A stretch of 64,000 nt of DNA from an uncultured Candidatus Saccharibacteria bacterium (GTDB lineage Bacteria; Patescibacteriota; Minisyncoccia; Phycocordibacterales; UBA918). A program made the translations under genes and the position numbers. Of the stretch, positions 19,593-28,325 are shown piece after piece. How positions within the stretch are numbered: position 1 is the stretch's first letter; each line of letters starts with the position of its first letter. The stretch covers positions 5,444-69,443 of the forward strand of contig CAYRMI010000004.1 in assembly GCA_964425625.1 (NCBI GenBank). Direction: 5' to 3'. The notes below the pieces were generated by a model that did no database searches, was not told where the DNA came from, and was given only the letters and a program-made list of their open reading frames with translations.

Positions 19593-20204
19593 ATGCAAAG
19601 TAAGAATTATATCCATGCAATGATGCTCGCTATGGCGGGCGTGATTGTGGTTTCAAATGTACTGGTGCAGTATCCACTCGGACCGTGGCTCACCTATGGT
19701 GCCCTTACCTATCCCCTAGCCTTCTTGATTACCGATTTGGTGACGAGAAACCATGGTCTAAAAGTCGCCAAGCAAGTGATACTCGTCGGCCTTATTGTCG
19801 GTATACTGGCTTCACTTTTAGCTAGTTTTTTTGATGTCACCACCTTGAGGATTGCCATTGCTTCAGCGACGGCATTCTTGGTCGCCCAAATTCTAGACGT
19901 AAAGGTATATCTGCGTCTCCAACACCTTGCTTGGTGGAAGACTCCGGTCCTCTCTTCGGTTATTGGTTCGATAGTAGATACCTTTATTTTCTTTAGTATT
20001 GCCTTTTCGGCTACTACTTACGCCCTTCTCTTGGATGGTAATGTTTGGGCCCAAGAAATTGCCCCGCTGTTAGGAATTGGTCGCCAATTCCCTCTCTGGG
20101 TCTCTCTAGCCGTAGCTGACCTTGGTATAAAGCTTCTCATGGTACTGGTCCTTCTCCTTCCCTATCGACTGCTGATCCAAAACAAGCCCCATATAATTAG
20201 ATAG
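19593..20204 (+). CDS. VUT family (YhhQ-like) queuosine precursor transporter
   Basis: SNVLVQYP, TYGALTYPLAFLITDL, RIAIASATAFLVAQILDV, DTFIFFSIAF. Confidence 0.9.
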   Translation: MQSKNYIHAMMLAMAGVIVVSNVLVQYPLGPWLTYGALTYPLAFLITDLVTRNHGLKVAKQVILVGLIVGILASLLASFFDVTTLRIAIASATAFLVAQILDVKVYLRLQHLAWWKTPVLSSVIGSIVDTFIFFSIAFSATTYALLLDGNVWAQEIAPLLGIGRQFPLWVSLAVADLGIKLLMVLVLLLPYRLLIQNKPHIIR

Positions 20205-20435
20205 AAAAATATTAAGGTTTTAGGGTCTCCATTGCCCCTAAACACTCATCGCCATGTTGCCTTCTCTTCTGAAGTAAATTTTTGCATAAATCAAGCAGTA
20301 GTTCTGCTGGTGCAATTGTACCATCCACCAGTTTTTACAACGTACGACAGAAAATTTTTTCAATGGACAATCGTTAATAATCATGTAATAATACTAAAGC
20401 AGGCAAATTTACCTGTTTTTTTGGGTGAGGAAAAA

Positions 20436-21122
20436 ATGCACTTGATCAAAAAGGCGCTCGTCGCCATTTCTTTGTTCTTCGCGGTCTTCGGCCTCGCTCA
20501 TGCGGCGCCATCGTACTGCAACAATAGAGTGCCTGGCGACAATCCACTGAAGAACGACAGTTCACCGGTGCTGTCGACCAGTGACATGACCTACAACAAC
20601 AAGTCGGCCAATGACTGCTACGGTCATGTCGCCAATGACAACGACACCGTCAGTGACATCAACGCTCTGGCTTGGGGAAACGGCTGGCTCTTTGCTGCTC
20701 GAGATAACATCGGTAGCAGGGACAGAAGCAACACCGTCCTCGGCATTGCCTGGAACATCATTGCCTCTGAAGGCGATGAAGGGAGCTGGACCCTCACCGG
20801 CGTCGATAGGAATGGGACAAACCCAGCCAACCTCGGCGACACTTTCGACTTCGTCGGCGTGCTCAAAGGAGGCAACGGTTGGGCGGCCTACCTGTTTGAT
20901 AATGTCGTGTTCGATGGCAGCGACGGCGGCACTTACGCCATCGAGTTCTTCAACAAGGGTGGAAAGATACCAGACCTCTCACACCTCTCGATCTACGCTC
21001 GTGAAGGGGGCAAACCAACCAACGACGTGCCCGAGCCGGGCACGCTCGCTCTCGCTGGCTTCGCTCTTCTCGGCCTTGCGCTGACGGGTCGTCGTCAACG
21101 CCAACAGCCGCGCCTCGGCTAA
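20436..21122 (+). CDS. Secreted protein with PEP-CTERM sorting domain
   Basis: Signal peptide ending AHA; C-terminal VPEPGTLALAGFALLGLALTGRRQR; GAGG RBS; high GC. Confidence 0.88.
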   Translation: MHLIKKALVAISLFFAVFGLAHAAPSYCNNRVPGDNPLKNDSSPVLSTSDMTYNNKSANDCYGHVANDNDTVSDINALAWGNGWLFAARDNIGSRDRSNTVLGIAWNIIASEGDEGSWTLTGVDRNGTNPANLGDTFDFVGVLKGGNGWAAYLFDNVVFDGSDGGTYAIEFFNKGGKIPDLSHLSIYAREGGKPTNDVPEPGTLALAGFALLGLALTGRRQRQQPRLG

Positions 21123-21147
21123 AGGTCGCCACAAGCGCGACCACTGA

Positions 21148-21178
21148 TGCCTCCCTACCCAGGGAGGTATTTCTTTTT
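21148..21178 (+). terminator. Intrinsic terminator
   Basis: TGCCTCCCT-ACCC-AGGGAGGTA followed by TTTCTTTT. Confidence 0.65.
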
Positions 21179-21310
21179 AAAAGTATGATAATCATACTCT
21201 ATTTTCTTAATCACCACCCTACATTTGTAGTCTCTACTATCTTGCAAATTCTGCGCTATTTACACACATTTGTTTATAAAGTATAGTCTCAAATCGAAAG
21301 GAGGTGATGT

Positions 21311-21442
21311 ATGACCAAATCACCAAAAAAGTCGCCCGTGAAGGCACCCCGCCTACCACGGTCGCCAGCAAACTTGCGAAGTCTTTCGCGCTCGCTCAAA
21401 GCAGTTCTTCTTGCTCTCCGTCGCCGGAGAACGGCCAAATGA
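21311..21442 (+). CDS. 43-aa highly basic small protein
   Basis: MTKSPKKSPVKAPRLPRSPANLRSLSRSLKAVLLALRRRRTAK; SD AAAGGAGGTGA at 21297-21307; promoter TTTACA-N17-TATAGT; own terminator. Confidence 0.7.
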   Translation: MTKSPKKSPVKAPRLPRSPANLRSLSRSLKAVLLALRRRRTAK

Positions 21443-21452
21443 AACACGTACC

Positions 21453-21486
21453 AGACCCGAGCATTTGCTCGGGTCTTCCTATTTTT
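21453..21486 (+). terminator. Intrinsic terminator
   Basis: AGACCCGAGC-ATTT-GCTCGGGTCT then T-rich. Confidence 0.75.
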
Positions 21487-21524
21487 GCTTTATTATTTTC
21501 AGTGGTTACTCACTTTGTTATTGC

Positions 21525-22001
21525 TTATTCATTATTTTTCAATTCTCGCATTTTATTTCTGCGTTTTTCAATTTCATCAAGCAAAGTGTCAACAAAAAAA
21601 CCTTCTTTATGGGCATCCATCGCTCGGCGAATTACTAATTCAGCTTCGACTTCAGTAGCATTTGGGAACTCATCTTGAAGCAGATCTTTAACAAACTTGG
21701 TAAGAGGTCCTAGTAGGCTTTCAAGTGTTTCATTTATACTAATTCCATTTGCTAGCGAAGTATCAATCTCATAGCCTACAACCACCAGTTCTCTTGCTTT
21801 ATCAATATTTTGTAAGTTCTGTGATTCCATTATGCGGTCTAGTTGGGGTACTAGATGATCATCCAGCTCGTCGTTTGGAGCTTTTAATTTTTCTTCGATC
21901 AATCGTGCGCCAATACTACTCAGTTTTTCTAGTCGATTAATTTCATTCTCGACATCTTTACGTTTCCTCATCTGTTCCTCTGATAGAAAAAATTCATTCA
22001 T
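21525..22001 (-). CDS. Hypothetical helical protein
   Basis: 158-aa ORF, charged and helical, TATACT -10-like box upstream. Confidence 0.65.
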   Translation of the reverse strand: MNEFFLSEEQMRKRKDVENEINRLEKLSSIGARLIEEKLKAPNDELDDHLVPQLDRIMESQNLQNIDKARELVVVGYEIDTSLANGISINETLESLLGPLTKFVKDLLQDEFPNATEVEAELVIRRAMDAHKEGFFVDTLLDEIEKRRNKMRELKNNE

Positions 22002-22164
22002 ATAGCTGACAGTATAACAAAATTTTGACTGATTGTTGATGAATTACAACACTCTCTAAATAATATTTATATTTTTCTTCCCCTTTTCTCTATTAATTTT
22101 TAACCACAGTCCTCTACTTCATAGATTCCCTTTGGTCTATACAAATACTGATATAATTTAGAAC

Positions 22165-23283
22165 ATGAAAAGAAATCAAACTTCTGGTGGTGGAGGAATA
22201 AAACTAATCGGATTAATAATCATCCTAGCTGGGCTTTTAATTCTCCTAGATCCAGAATCAGTCATAAGTAATGGTGAGAGGGGTGTCGTAAAAGAAAGCG
22301 AAGGGTGGATATTTATCCTAGTAGGTTCAGTTTTACTAATATTGCAATTTGGCTGGCAAAGTTTAATGAAAAAACTAAATGAAGACAAAAATATACCCAA
22401 TTTACTGCAGATAAAAACACATAATTCAAAAAGGAACTACTTTTATACCCTCTGGGTAAATCTTCCGGTAATTATTCTTATTTTTCTATTTACAGTATTT
22501 GGTCCCAGCGACACACCTTGGACAGGTTTTTTTAAAGTCATGTCCGGGTACTTACTTTTTGTCCTAAGTGGAATATGGCTTTTCCAATTAATAAGGTTAG
22601 TATTGAAACGGTCTCAGGAGAGAGACGTCGAACAGATTTTAAATTGGGGAAAGTCTCTATCTTATGAAGAAATGACAGATGGAAGTTTTCATTTCCCTAC
22701 CAAGATATTTGACTATGGCACAAACGGCAAAGTAGAGTACTTATTAAAAAAAAGTATAGCTGGAATGAGTGTCGGAATATTCAAGTATAGCCACACACAA
22801 AAAACTGGAAACAATAGTGTGGCTGTAAGTTACTCAGTAGTTAATATTGAGACCTTGGACGAGCTACCTTCATTTAATTTGGCTTTGAAAATTACACCAA
22901 AGGAAAATGAACTTGATATTTCGGTAGGAGAAACAGAGAAAAGAATAAATGAAGAAATTAGTAATGCTTCTAAAATTAACTTTACTACAGCCACTAATGA
23001 TGTTTTTTGCTTAAATGTGTCACAAAAGTTTGAAATTGAAGCATTGCAAATATTTCAACAAGATATTATTGAAGAGTTTGGAAAAAATTGGCCACACTTC
23101 ATTATAATCGGTGAGGGTAAAAATCTAATTGCCATAACTACGGAAGTAAATAATACGGAAGAAAATTTCAAAGTAATGGCAAATCTGGCCGATTTTCTGG
23201 TAGAAAACATTGCTACTAAGATAAGTCTTATCGGAAAATCTGTCGAAGAGATGAAGGAGGTTATGAAGAAACAACAATATTAA
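22165..23283 (+). CDS. Hypothetical membrane protein
   Basis: 372-aa ORF, four N-terminal TM helices plus soluble domain; AT-rich. Confidence 0.7.
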   Translation: MKRNQTSGGGGIKLIGLIIILAGLLILLDPESVISNGERGVVKESEGWIFILVGSVLLILQFGWQSLMKKLNEDKNIPNLLQIKTHNSKRNYFYTLWVNLPVIILIFLFTVFGPSDTPWTGFFKVMSGYLLFVLSGIWLFQLIRLVLKRSQERDVEQILNWGKSLSYEEMTDGSFHFPTKIFDYGTNGKVEYLLKKSIAGMSVGIFKYSHTQKTGNNSVAVSYSVVNIETLDELPSFNLALKITPKENELDISVGETEKRINEEISNASKINFTTATNDVFCLNVSQKFEIEALQIFQQDIIEEFGKNWPHFIIIGEGKNLIAITTEVNNTEENFKVMANLADFLVENIATKISLIGKSVEEMKEVMKKQQY

Positions 23284-23386
23284 TGAGTCCGTCACACGAC
23301 TTGTCCACCACATTCATTGGTGAAAATGCACCAGGTATTATTTTCAAATTTTTTCTAAAGGTTTATTGTCGTCATTTCATCGTGTG

Positions 23387-23459
23387 GAAAAGGAGCCAGT
23401 GTGAAAAGGGATACACTAGAGAAAAGGAGTCAGTGAGAAAAGGGGTCAGGAGCCTTTTA
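23387..23459 (+). repeat. Four degenerate tandem GAAAAGG units ending in an L-type motif
   Basis: GAAAAGG at 23387, 23403, 23421, 23437; last unit GAAAAGGGGTCAGGAGCCTTTTA is identical to 25181-25203. Confidence 0.8.
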
Positions 23460-23579
23460 CCATAGCCGTTGCTTCAGGCGGGTTTTTTTACACTAGAAAT
23501 TTCACTACAGATTTGTAACTTATATTGGACTTATCTCAATTCTCAGAATCATTGCTATCACTTCACTAAGTTTTGCGTA

Positions 23580-23849
23580 CTACTCAACTTTCACATCAAG
23601 CGCAATTGAAGCGAGAATCTTAGCCACCCCAATACACGCTTCACGACTACCATAGAACACCGTCACCAAGCCAAACTGCTCTGCTACATCGGCGTACATA
23701 ACTGCCTGCATTTCCGTACAGTCGGTCGCTTTCATGAGTTGATCAACGACCGTATCAAACGAATGACAATCACAATTGTAGAGAATCACCTCATGATTCA
23801 TGTTCTGTACCGATACGGCTTTTAATTCCTGCTTTTTCTCTGGGTTCAT
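23580..23849 (-). CDS. ClpS-like adaptor protein
   Basis: VILYNCDCHSFDTVVDQL...G...V..GSRE pattern of ClpS. Confidence 0.75.
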   Translation of the reverse strand: MNPEKKQELKAVSVQNMNHEVILYNCDCHSFDTVVDQLMKATDCTEMQAVMYADVAEQFGLVTVFYGSREACIGVAKILASIALDVKVE

Positions 23850-24036
23850 GTTAATTTAATATCAGCTATTTACCAGCAATTTCTATTGAATCAAAATTCA
23901 TATTCAAATATTCCTGAAGTCTGGTCAGAGAGATACGCTCTGTCCTGCCTATCTTAAACACCGGCAAAGCGCCAGAGGCGATGGCTTTTTTGTTGTTAGT
24001 TGCTACTTTTTGCTTTACCACACAGTTTTCTATTTC

Positions 24037-24055
24037 ATTGTCCCTGTCCTCTTTT
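24037..24055 (+). repeat. R-type junction motif, copy 1
   Basis: ATTGTCCCTGTCCTCTTTT. Confidence 0.7.
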
Positions 24056-24075
24056 ATTCCTTAAGTTTAGAATTA

Positions 24076-25050
24076 TTATAACCGATACCAACCACCAGCT
24101 AAATCAAGAGACTCGGCTGCACCGGTACGAAGATCTATTCTTATTAGGGGCGTACTGGGTGTCGAAGTAGGATCACCTGGACAATTTGGTCCAAATTGTT
24201 TTTCAACGGTAATGTGTCTATAGTAACCAAAATCTTCTGGACTGATAACTAAACAGTCCTCAGGATAGGTGGTTAATTTTCGTATGGCCTCCCACGTCTT
24301 GTTTAATACTTCAGTATCAGGTAAAAACTCGCCGACCTCATCAATGGTGGATTTTTGTGAATAAATAAAGGCGGCTTTTATTGTTTGAACTAAATCGTTC
24401 TGAAGCTCAGATCCCTCTTCACTATCCGCGCAACTTGCTTGTGGTCCAACATATAAAATAAAGTAATCCCCAAATTCGAAAACTCCGGAATTATCCTCTA
24501 AGGATAACCTTTTTAGTTCTAAAGGGTTGGACATCCAGTGCACCATTTCTGATGATTGATTTTCTTTTTCATATGACTCAACCAACAACTCTTTGTTGAT
24601 TTTAATAACACGACCCAATGGCCCGTGTTTAGGTTGACAATACTCTAATGTGCCACCAAATGGTATAAGTTCTTCGGTTGAAAATAACACTGAGCTACTT
24701 TCATTTGTTGGATTTCTGTTTACTGTATACAGTAAGTTACCAAGACCAGATGTAACCAATTCAAGATTAATTTCTGGAATTAGACACGTATCTCCATTAC
24801 CACAGACAATATAATTGGATTCTTCAATTTTTTCTGGGTTGACTACCGGAATTGATTCAAAACTAATATTACTAGAATCGTAATTTTGAGGCATTACCGA
24901 TATCCTGCCCAAATAAAATCCCACGAAAGGTAAAAGTGTAAATAGCACCAATGCTAAATATTTAGAAAGCGGTGTAACCGTCGTAAACTGCTTTTTCAAA
25001 TTAAAGTCTTGCGAACTGAGCCCCTCTTCTACTATTGGTTGGTTTTCCAT
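24076..25050 (-). CDS. Hypothetical membrane-anchored protein
   Basis: N-terminal TVTPLSKYLALVLFTLLPFVGFYLG anchor; Cys-containing extracellular part. Confidence 0.75.
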   Translation of the reverse strand: MENQPIVEEGLSSQDFNLKKQFTTVTPLSKYLALVLFTLLPFVGFYLGRISVMPQNYDSSNISFESIPVVNPEKIEESNYIVCGNGDTCLIPEINLELVTSGLGNLLYTVNRNPTNESSSVLFSTEELIPFGGTLEYCQPKHGPLGRVIKINKELLVESYEKENQSSEMVHWMSNPLELKRLSLEDNSGVFEFGDYFILYVGPQASCADSEEGSELQNDLVQTIKAAFIYSQKSTIDEVGEFLPDTEVLNKTWEAIRKLTTYPEDCLVISPEDFGYYRHITVEKQFGPNCPGDPTSTPSTPLIRIDLRTGAAESLDLAGGWYRL

Positions 25051-25180
25051 TCTAAAAGAATACCATAGTAACTTATTACAAAACACACTCCTACTTCTCC
25101 CAAGGAGCCTTAAATTGCAAAATTTACCTCACTAATTCTTCAGTGATACAATGATGATAGTAAACCGCCCGATCATCTAG

Positions 25181-25217
25181 GAAAAGGGGTCAGGAGCCTT
25201 TTATCAGGAGCCCTTTA
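25181..25217 (+). repeat. L-type motif, copy 2, with partial tandem duplication
   Basis: GAAAAGGGGTCAGGAGCCTTTTA followed by TCAGGAGCCCTTTA. Confidence 0.8.
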
Positions 25218-25345
25218 CCTTTAGTGAGAATAATAATGACAGTCCACTTCCCTTTCCTTCTTTCAGTAGCTATAGGGTTGAAAATTATTAATAATCGATT
25301 GAAAATAGCCGGCGCTTGCGCACCGGCCATTCGTGGACATGCAGT

Positions 25346-25753
25346 TCACATCCATGTTCTCATGAATTTGACCAGTTCATCCAAACTGGTTTGCTTTGGC
25401 TCGGACGATGCGCCAATTCCACGTGCTTCGAATTTTCCAATCTCAGCAAATGGAAAGAAGAAAACATGGGCGTCGCACAACGGGTACTCTCTTTGTAGAG
25501 CAGGTAGACCAGACATCTCGTGCCGGGAAACCCAATCGGGGAAGGCCTTTGTTGAGTTGATGCCGAGGTTTATAGAAACCCCCTCGAATGCAATCGTTAA
25601 CAGCTCTCCCTGCTTCAAGTACACAGTGCCGGCTGCAATAGGGTTGGTCAACTTGTTTTCCCGGCTATATACCCGGAATTCATCGTGAGGAACCATTTCC
25701 GGAAAAAAACCCACACCTTCAGGGAACATTACAAACTTCATGACTTTCTCCAT
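25346..25753 (-). CDS. Hypothetical protein
   Basis: ORF between an L and an R motif; start at ATG 25753 (MEKVMKF). Confidence 0.55.
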   Translation of the reverse strand: MEKVMKFVMFPEGVGFFPEMVPHDEFRVYSRENKLTNPIAAGTVYLKQGELLTIAFEGVSINLGINSTKAFPDWVSRHEMSGLPALQREYPLCDAHVFFFPFAEIGKFEARGIGASSEPKQTSLDELVKFMRTWM

Positions 25754-25975
25754 TTTGGAACGGGTTGAGCAAATCAAATTTAATCACATAGCACAATAAT
25801 GCGCAATATATTTTGAGTAACTCTATTATTTCATCTGATTGTAAAAGAAAGTTGTTACAAAAAATAATAAAAATATTAATAGTTAAAATATAAATAGATA
25901 CATGGGTAAGATCTTAGAAAAAGCGTGTTGTAAGTTTAAACCTGCTTTTTGCTACATCCCACAATATGTAGCTTT

Positions 25976-25994
25976 ATTGTCCCCGTCCCCTTTT
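25976..25994 (+). repeat. R-type junction motif, copy 2
   Basis: ATTGTCCCCGTCCCCTTTT. Confidence 0.7.
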
Positions 25995-26035
25995 TACGCT
26001 ATTTAATTAGACTGCAAATGAGAAAATCGAAAGCC

Positions 26036-27118
26036 TTAGATTTTCATCTCCTCAAGTCCTTTGTGGCAATTAGCTAAGTCTGAAGCAAGTGGGTTTTCTG
26101 CCCAAGCGCCAAGAATCGTTTGAATCACCAGCTGCGCATGTTCTATAAGCTGTTCCTTGGGAGCGTTGAAGCGTTCAAACGTGACACTACCATCACGCTT
26201 GTAGTCGCTAATAAGTTCGCTGATGTTACTTATCACATCACCCGACTTCAGCATCAATGATTCAGGCGAGAACTGACGTATTTCCTCTAGCGCCGCCTCC
26301 TTGCGTTCAAGCCATGATAACCCTCTATCTTTCTCAGTGACGCTATCTACCAGCCCTGCCACTATGTCGCCAAAACGCTCCGAGAGCATTTTTTTAGTTA
26401 CTTTGTGGTCAACTACACTATCTTCAATAGTGTCATGAAGAATCCCAGCCACTACAAGATCTTCACTTGCCCCTGCTTGTGAGAGAATGAGTCCGACAGT
26501 AAGCGGATGGGTGACATACGGAACCGCCTTCCCTTTCCTAAACTGAGGCTCACCAGTAAGTTGATGCACTTCAATTGAGAAATGAATCGCGTCTTGAATT
26601 TTGTTTGTGTAGATCATATTAATTTCATTATTGGCAATAATTTGTTCTCGTTTAGAATTCACTTCATCAGCCAGTTGGTTACACAATTTCGAGATTTGTT
26701 CTGCTGTTCCATTTTTCAGTACATCACTTACATCCCAAACACCCAGGAACTCTTTATTAGATTCTACTCTATCTCCGCTATTCCACCACACCTTTGGTGA
26801 TTCCTGTCCGGCAGGCCAATCGTACTGCAATCTTGGATATCCTGAATAAGTAACACTCTTTGATCCTTTCTTCGGTGACACTGGGGTATAAACTCGGTAA
26901 ATTAGATCATTACCACCTTCCCAATCAGTTGATTCATGCATTGAGTAGTGATAAAGCTGACTACATTCCTTGCACTGTAGTAGCATTTCCCTGTCATGAT
27001 CTTCATCAATATAGGTATCGATAATATCGAACATTTGCATACCGACTTGCTTCATATACTCCGGGTCGTTCCAAAGACGACATTGTGTGGGAGCTGTCTG
27101 TTTAGTTTGTTTTTCCAT
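26036..27118 (-). CDS. Fusion of a CxxC-containing N-terminal domain and an RSH/Mesh1-like HD hydrolase
   Basis: H...RKG...PYVTHPLTV, AGILHDTIED, VTE, LKSGD..SN; N-terminal LQCKECSQLY. Confidence 0.8.
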   Translation of the reverse strand: MEKQTKQTAPTQCRLWNDPEYMKQVGMQMFDIIDTYIDEDHDREMLLQCKECSQLYHYSMHESTDWEGGNDLIYRVYTPVSPKKGSKSVTYSGYPRLQYDWPAGQESPKVWWNSGDRVESNKEFLGVWDVSDVLKNGTAEQISKLCNQLADEVNSKREQIIANNEINMIYTNKIQDAIHFSIEVHQLTGEPQFRKGKAVPYVTHPLTVGLILSQAGASEDLVVAGILHDTIEDSVVDHKVTKKMLSERFGDIVAGLVDSVTEKDRGLSWLERKEAALEEIRQFSPESLMLKSGDVISNISELISDYKRDGSVTFERFNAPKEQLIEHAQLVIQTILGAWAENPLASDLANCHKGLEEMKI

Positions 27119-27154
27119 AATATTTATCTTAATTGTATAAAAGTTTTACGAGGA

Positions 27155-27320
27155 AACAAAAAACGGCTAGGAGATTTGATCCAGTCGTAAAACTGAATGA
27201 AATCTCCCAACCGTCTTAATGAGGTTAGTGATGAATGACTTGTGGCTTCCCGCAGATTTCCCAGGTTACCTACCAAGCCAAAGCTCGGAGACAGACATCA
27301 TAGTCATCCCTGACTACTCT
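27155..27320 (-). ncRNA. Candidate structured RNA or attenuator leader (unassigned)
   Basis: TGtTATAAT extended -10 just upstream; nested stems GGAUGACU/AGUCAUUC, UGGCUU/AAGCCA, GUAGGU/AUCUGC; long terminator hairpin with U tract. Confidence 0.45.
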
Positions 27321-27335
27321 TTTATTATAACACGT

Positions 27336-27800
27336 TTAATACCGATACGAAAGGCCGACCGCATCACTCCAGTAAGCAATGTTGCGTGGTTCAACTGGAT
27401 CGCCTGCTTCCCTCACCCGTTCCATCATTAAGTTATAAAATTCTTCCGCTACCTCTAGCGAATGTAGAAGTCTAGTACTTTTCAGTATTCGAGTAATCCG
27501 GAGGTGATTGTGGTCCATAACCGTCAGCCAGTGATAGTTCTCCAGGTAAAACCTAATCATCCGCTTTAAGGCTAGAGTTTGGTTAGCTAGAGCGATAGGA
27601 TCAGCTTTGATTAATTCTACCTCAGCCATATTCAAGACCGGTGCATCATGGACATTTTGACTTTCTTCAAGGAGCGGAAAGAGCCATTGGATGTAGTCAT
27701 GTTCGACTTCCAGCCACTCGTCATTTTGTTGCAATACTTCAGCAAAAGTTCTGCCGTTGTTATCGACTCCAGTTCCATTCAAGAAATCTGCTACTGACAT
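27336..27800 (-). CDS. OGFr_N (opioid growth factor receptor-like) domain protein
   Basis: LEVEHDYIQWLFPL, DHNHLRITRILKS. Confidence 0.85.
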   Translation of the reverse strand: MSVADFLNGTGVDNNGRTFAEVLQQNDEWLEVEHDYIQWLFPLLEESQNVHDAPVLNMAEVELIKADPIALANQTLALKRMIRFYLENYHWLTVMDHNHLRITRILKSTRLLHSLEVAEEFYNLMMERVREAGDPVEPRNIAYWSDAVGLSYRY

Positions 27801-27802
27801 AC

Positions 27803-28132
27803 TTATTGATTTACCACCCGTTCCGGCTCACCTCGATATGGAGCAATCACACCCTCGGCTTCCAAAGCATCAAGTAACGTAAAAGCTCTCTGATAACTGA
27901 TTTTAAAATGTTTCTGAAGTAATGATACTGAACAGCGTCCAGTCTCTTTTACATACGCTGTAGCAGCCTGTAGTAAACCATCAGGACCATACTCATCTAC
28001 TTCAGGCGCTATAGGCTCTATAGTCTCCTCAGCAATCAGTACTCGCTCCACCCGATGTACTTTCTCATACAGCTCACTCACCATCGCCACTAATGATTCG
28101 ATATCCTTTTCTAGTTCATGATTGTCGCTCAT
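27803..28132 (-). CDS. Stand-alone FtsK gamma (winged-helix) domain protein
   Basis: D.LL..A...V.ETGRCSVSLLQKHFKISYQRA..LLD.LE.EGVI.P. Confidence 0.85.
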   Translation of the reverse strand: MSDNHELEKDIESLVAMVSELYEKVHRVERVLIAEETIEPIAPEVDEYGPDGLLQAATAYVKETGRCSVSLLQKHFKISYQRAFTLLDALEAEGVIAPYRGEPERVVNQ

Positions 28133-28325
28133 AAGTTTTTGTATAATAATCTATCACTTTCTTTTTGGTAACATTTTCTTAACTTTAAAGTTATCCGCAC
28201 TTACTAAAATTTCAGTACGTCAAGGGTATGGACAATTTGTACCCACCCTTGACCAAGTTCCATATCCCGTTGCTTCATTTTTTGAATATACTGCTTGGCA
28301 TCCAACGAATCAATTAAAACACGTA

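Noticed and set aside
21304-21678. 124-aa + strand ORF
   Set aside because: Its start lies inside the SD, and it runs through a terminator and antisense into another gene; the 43-aa frame at 21311 fits the signals better.
23387-23459. Possible CRISPR array
   Set aside because: Units are only 16-18 bp and degenerate, with no spacer-length unique segments and no cas genes.
27155-27320. Retron msr-msd, tRNA or self-cleaving ribozyme
   Set aside because: No reverse transcriptase nearby, no cloverleaf, and no hammerhead, twister or pistol core recognised; kept only as an unassigned RNA.
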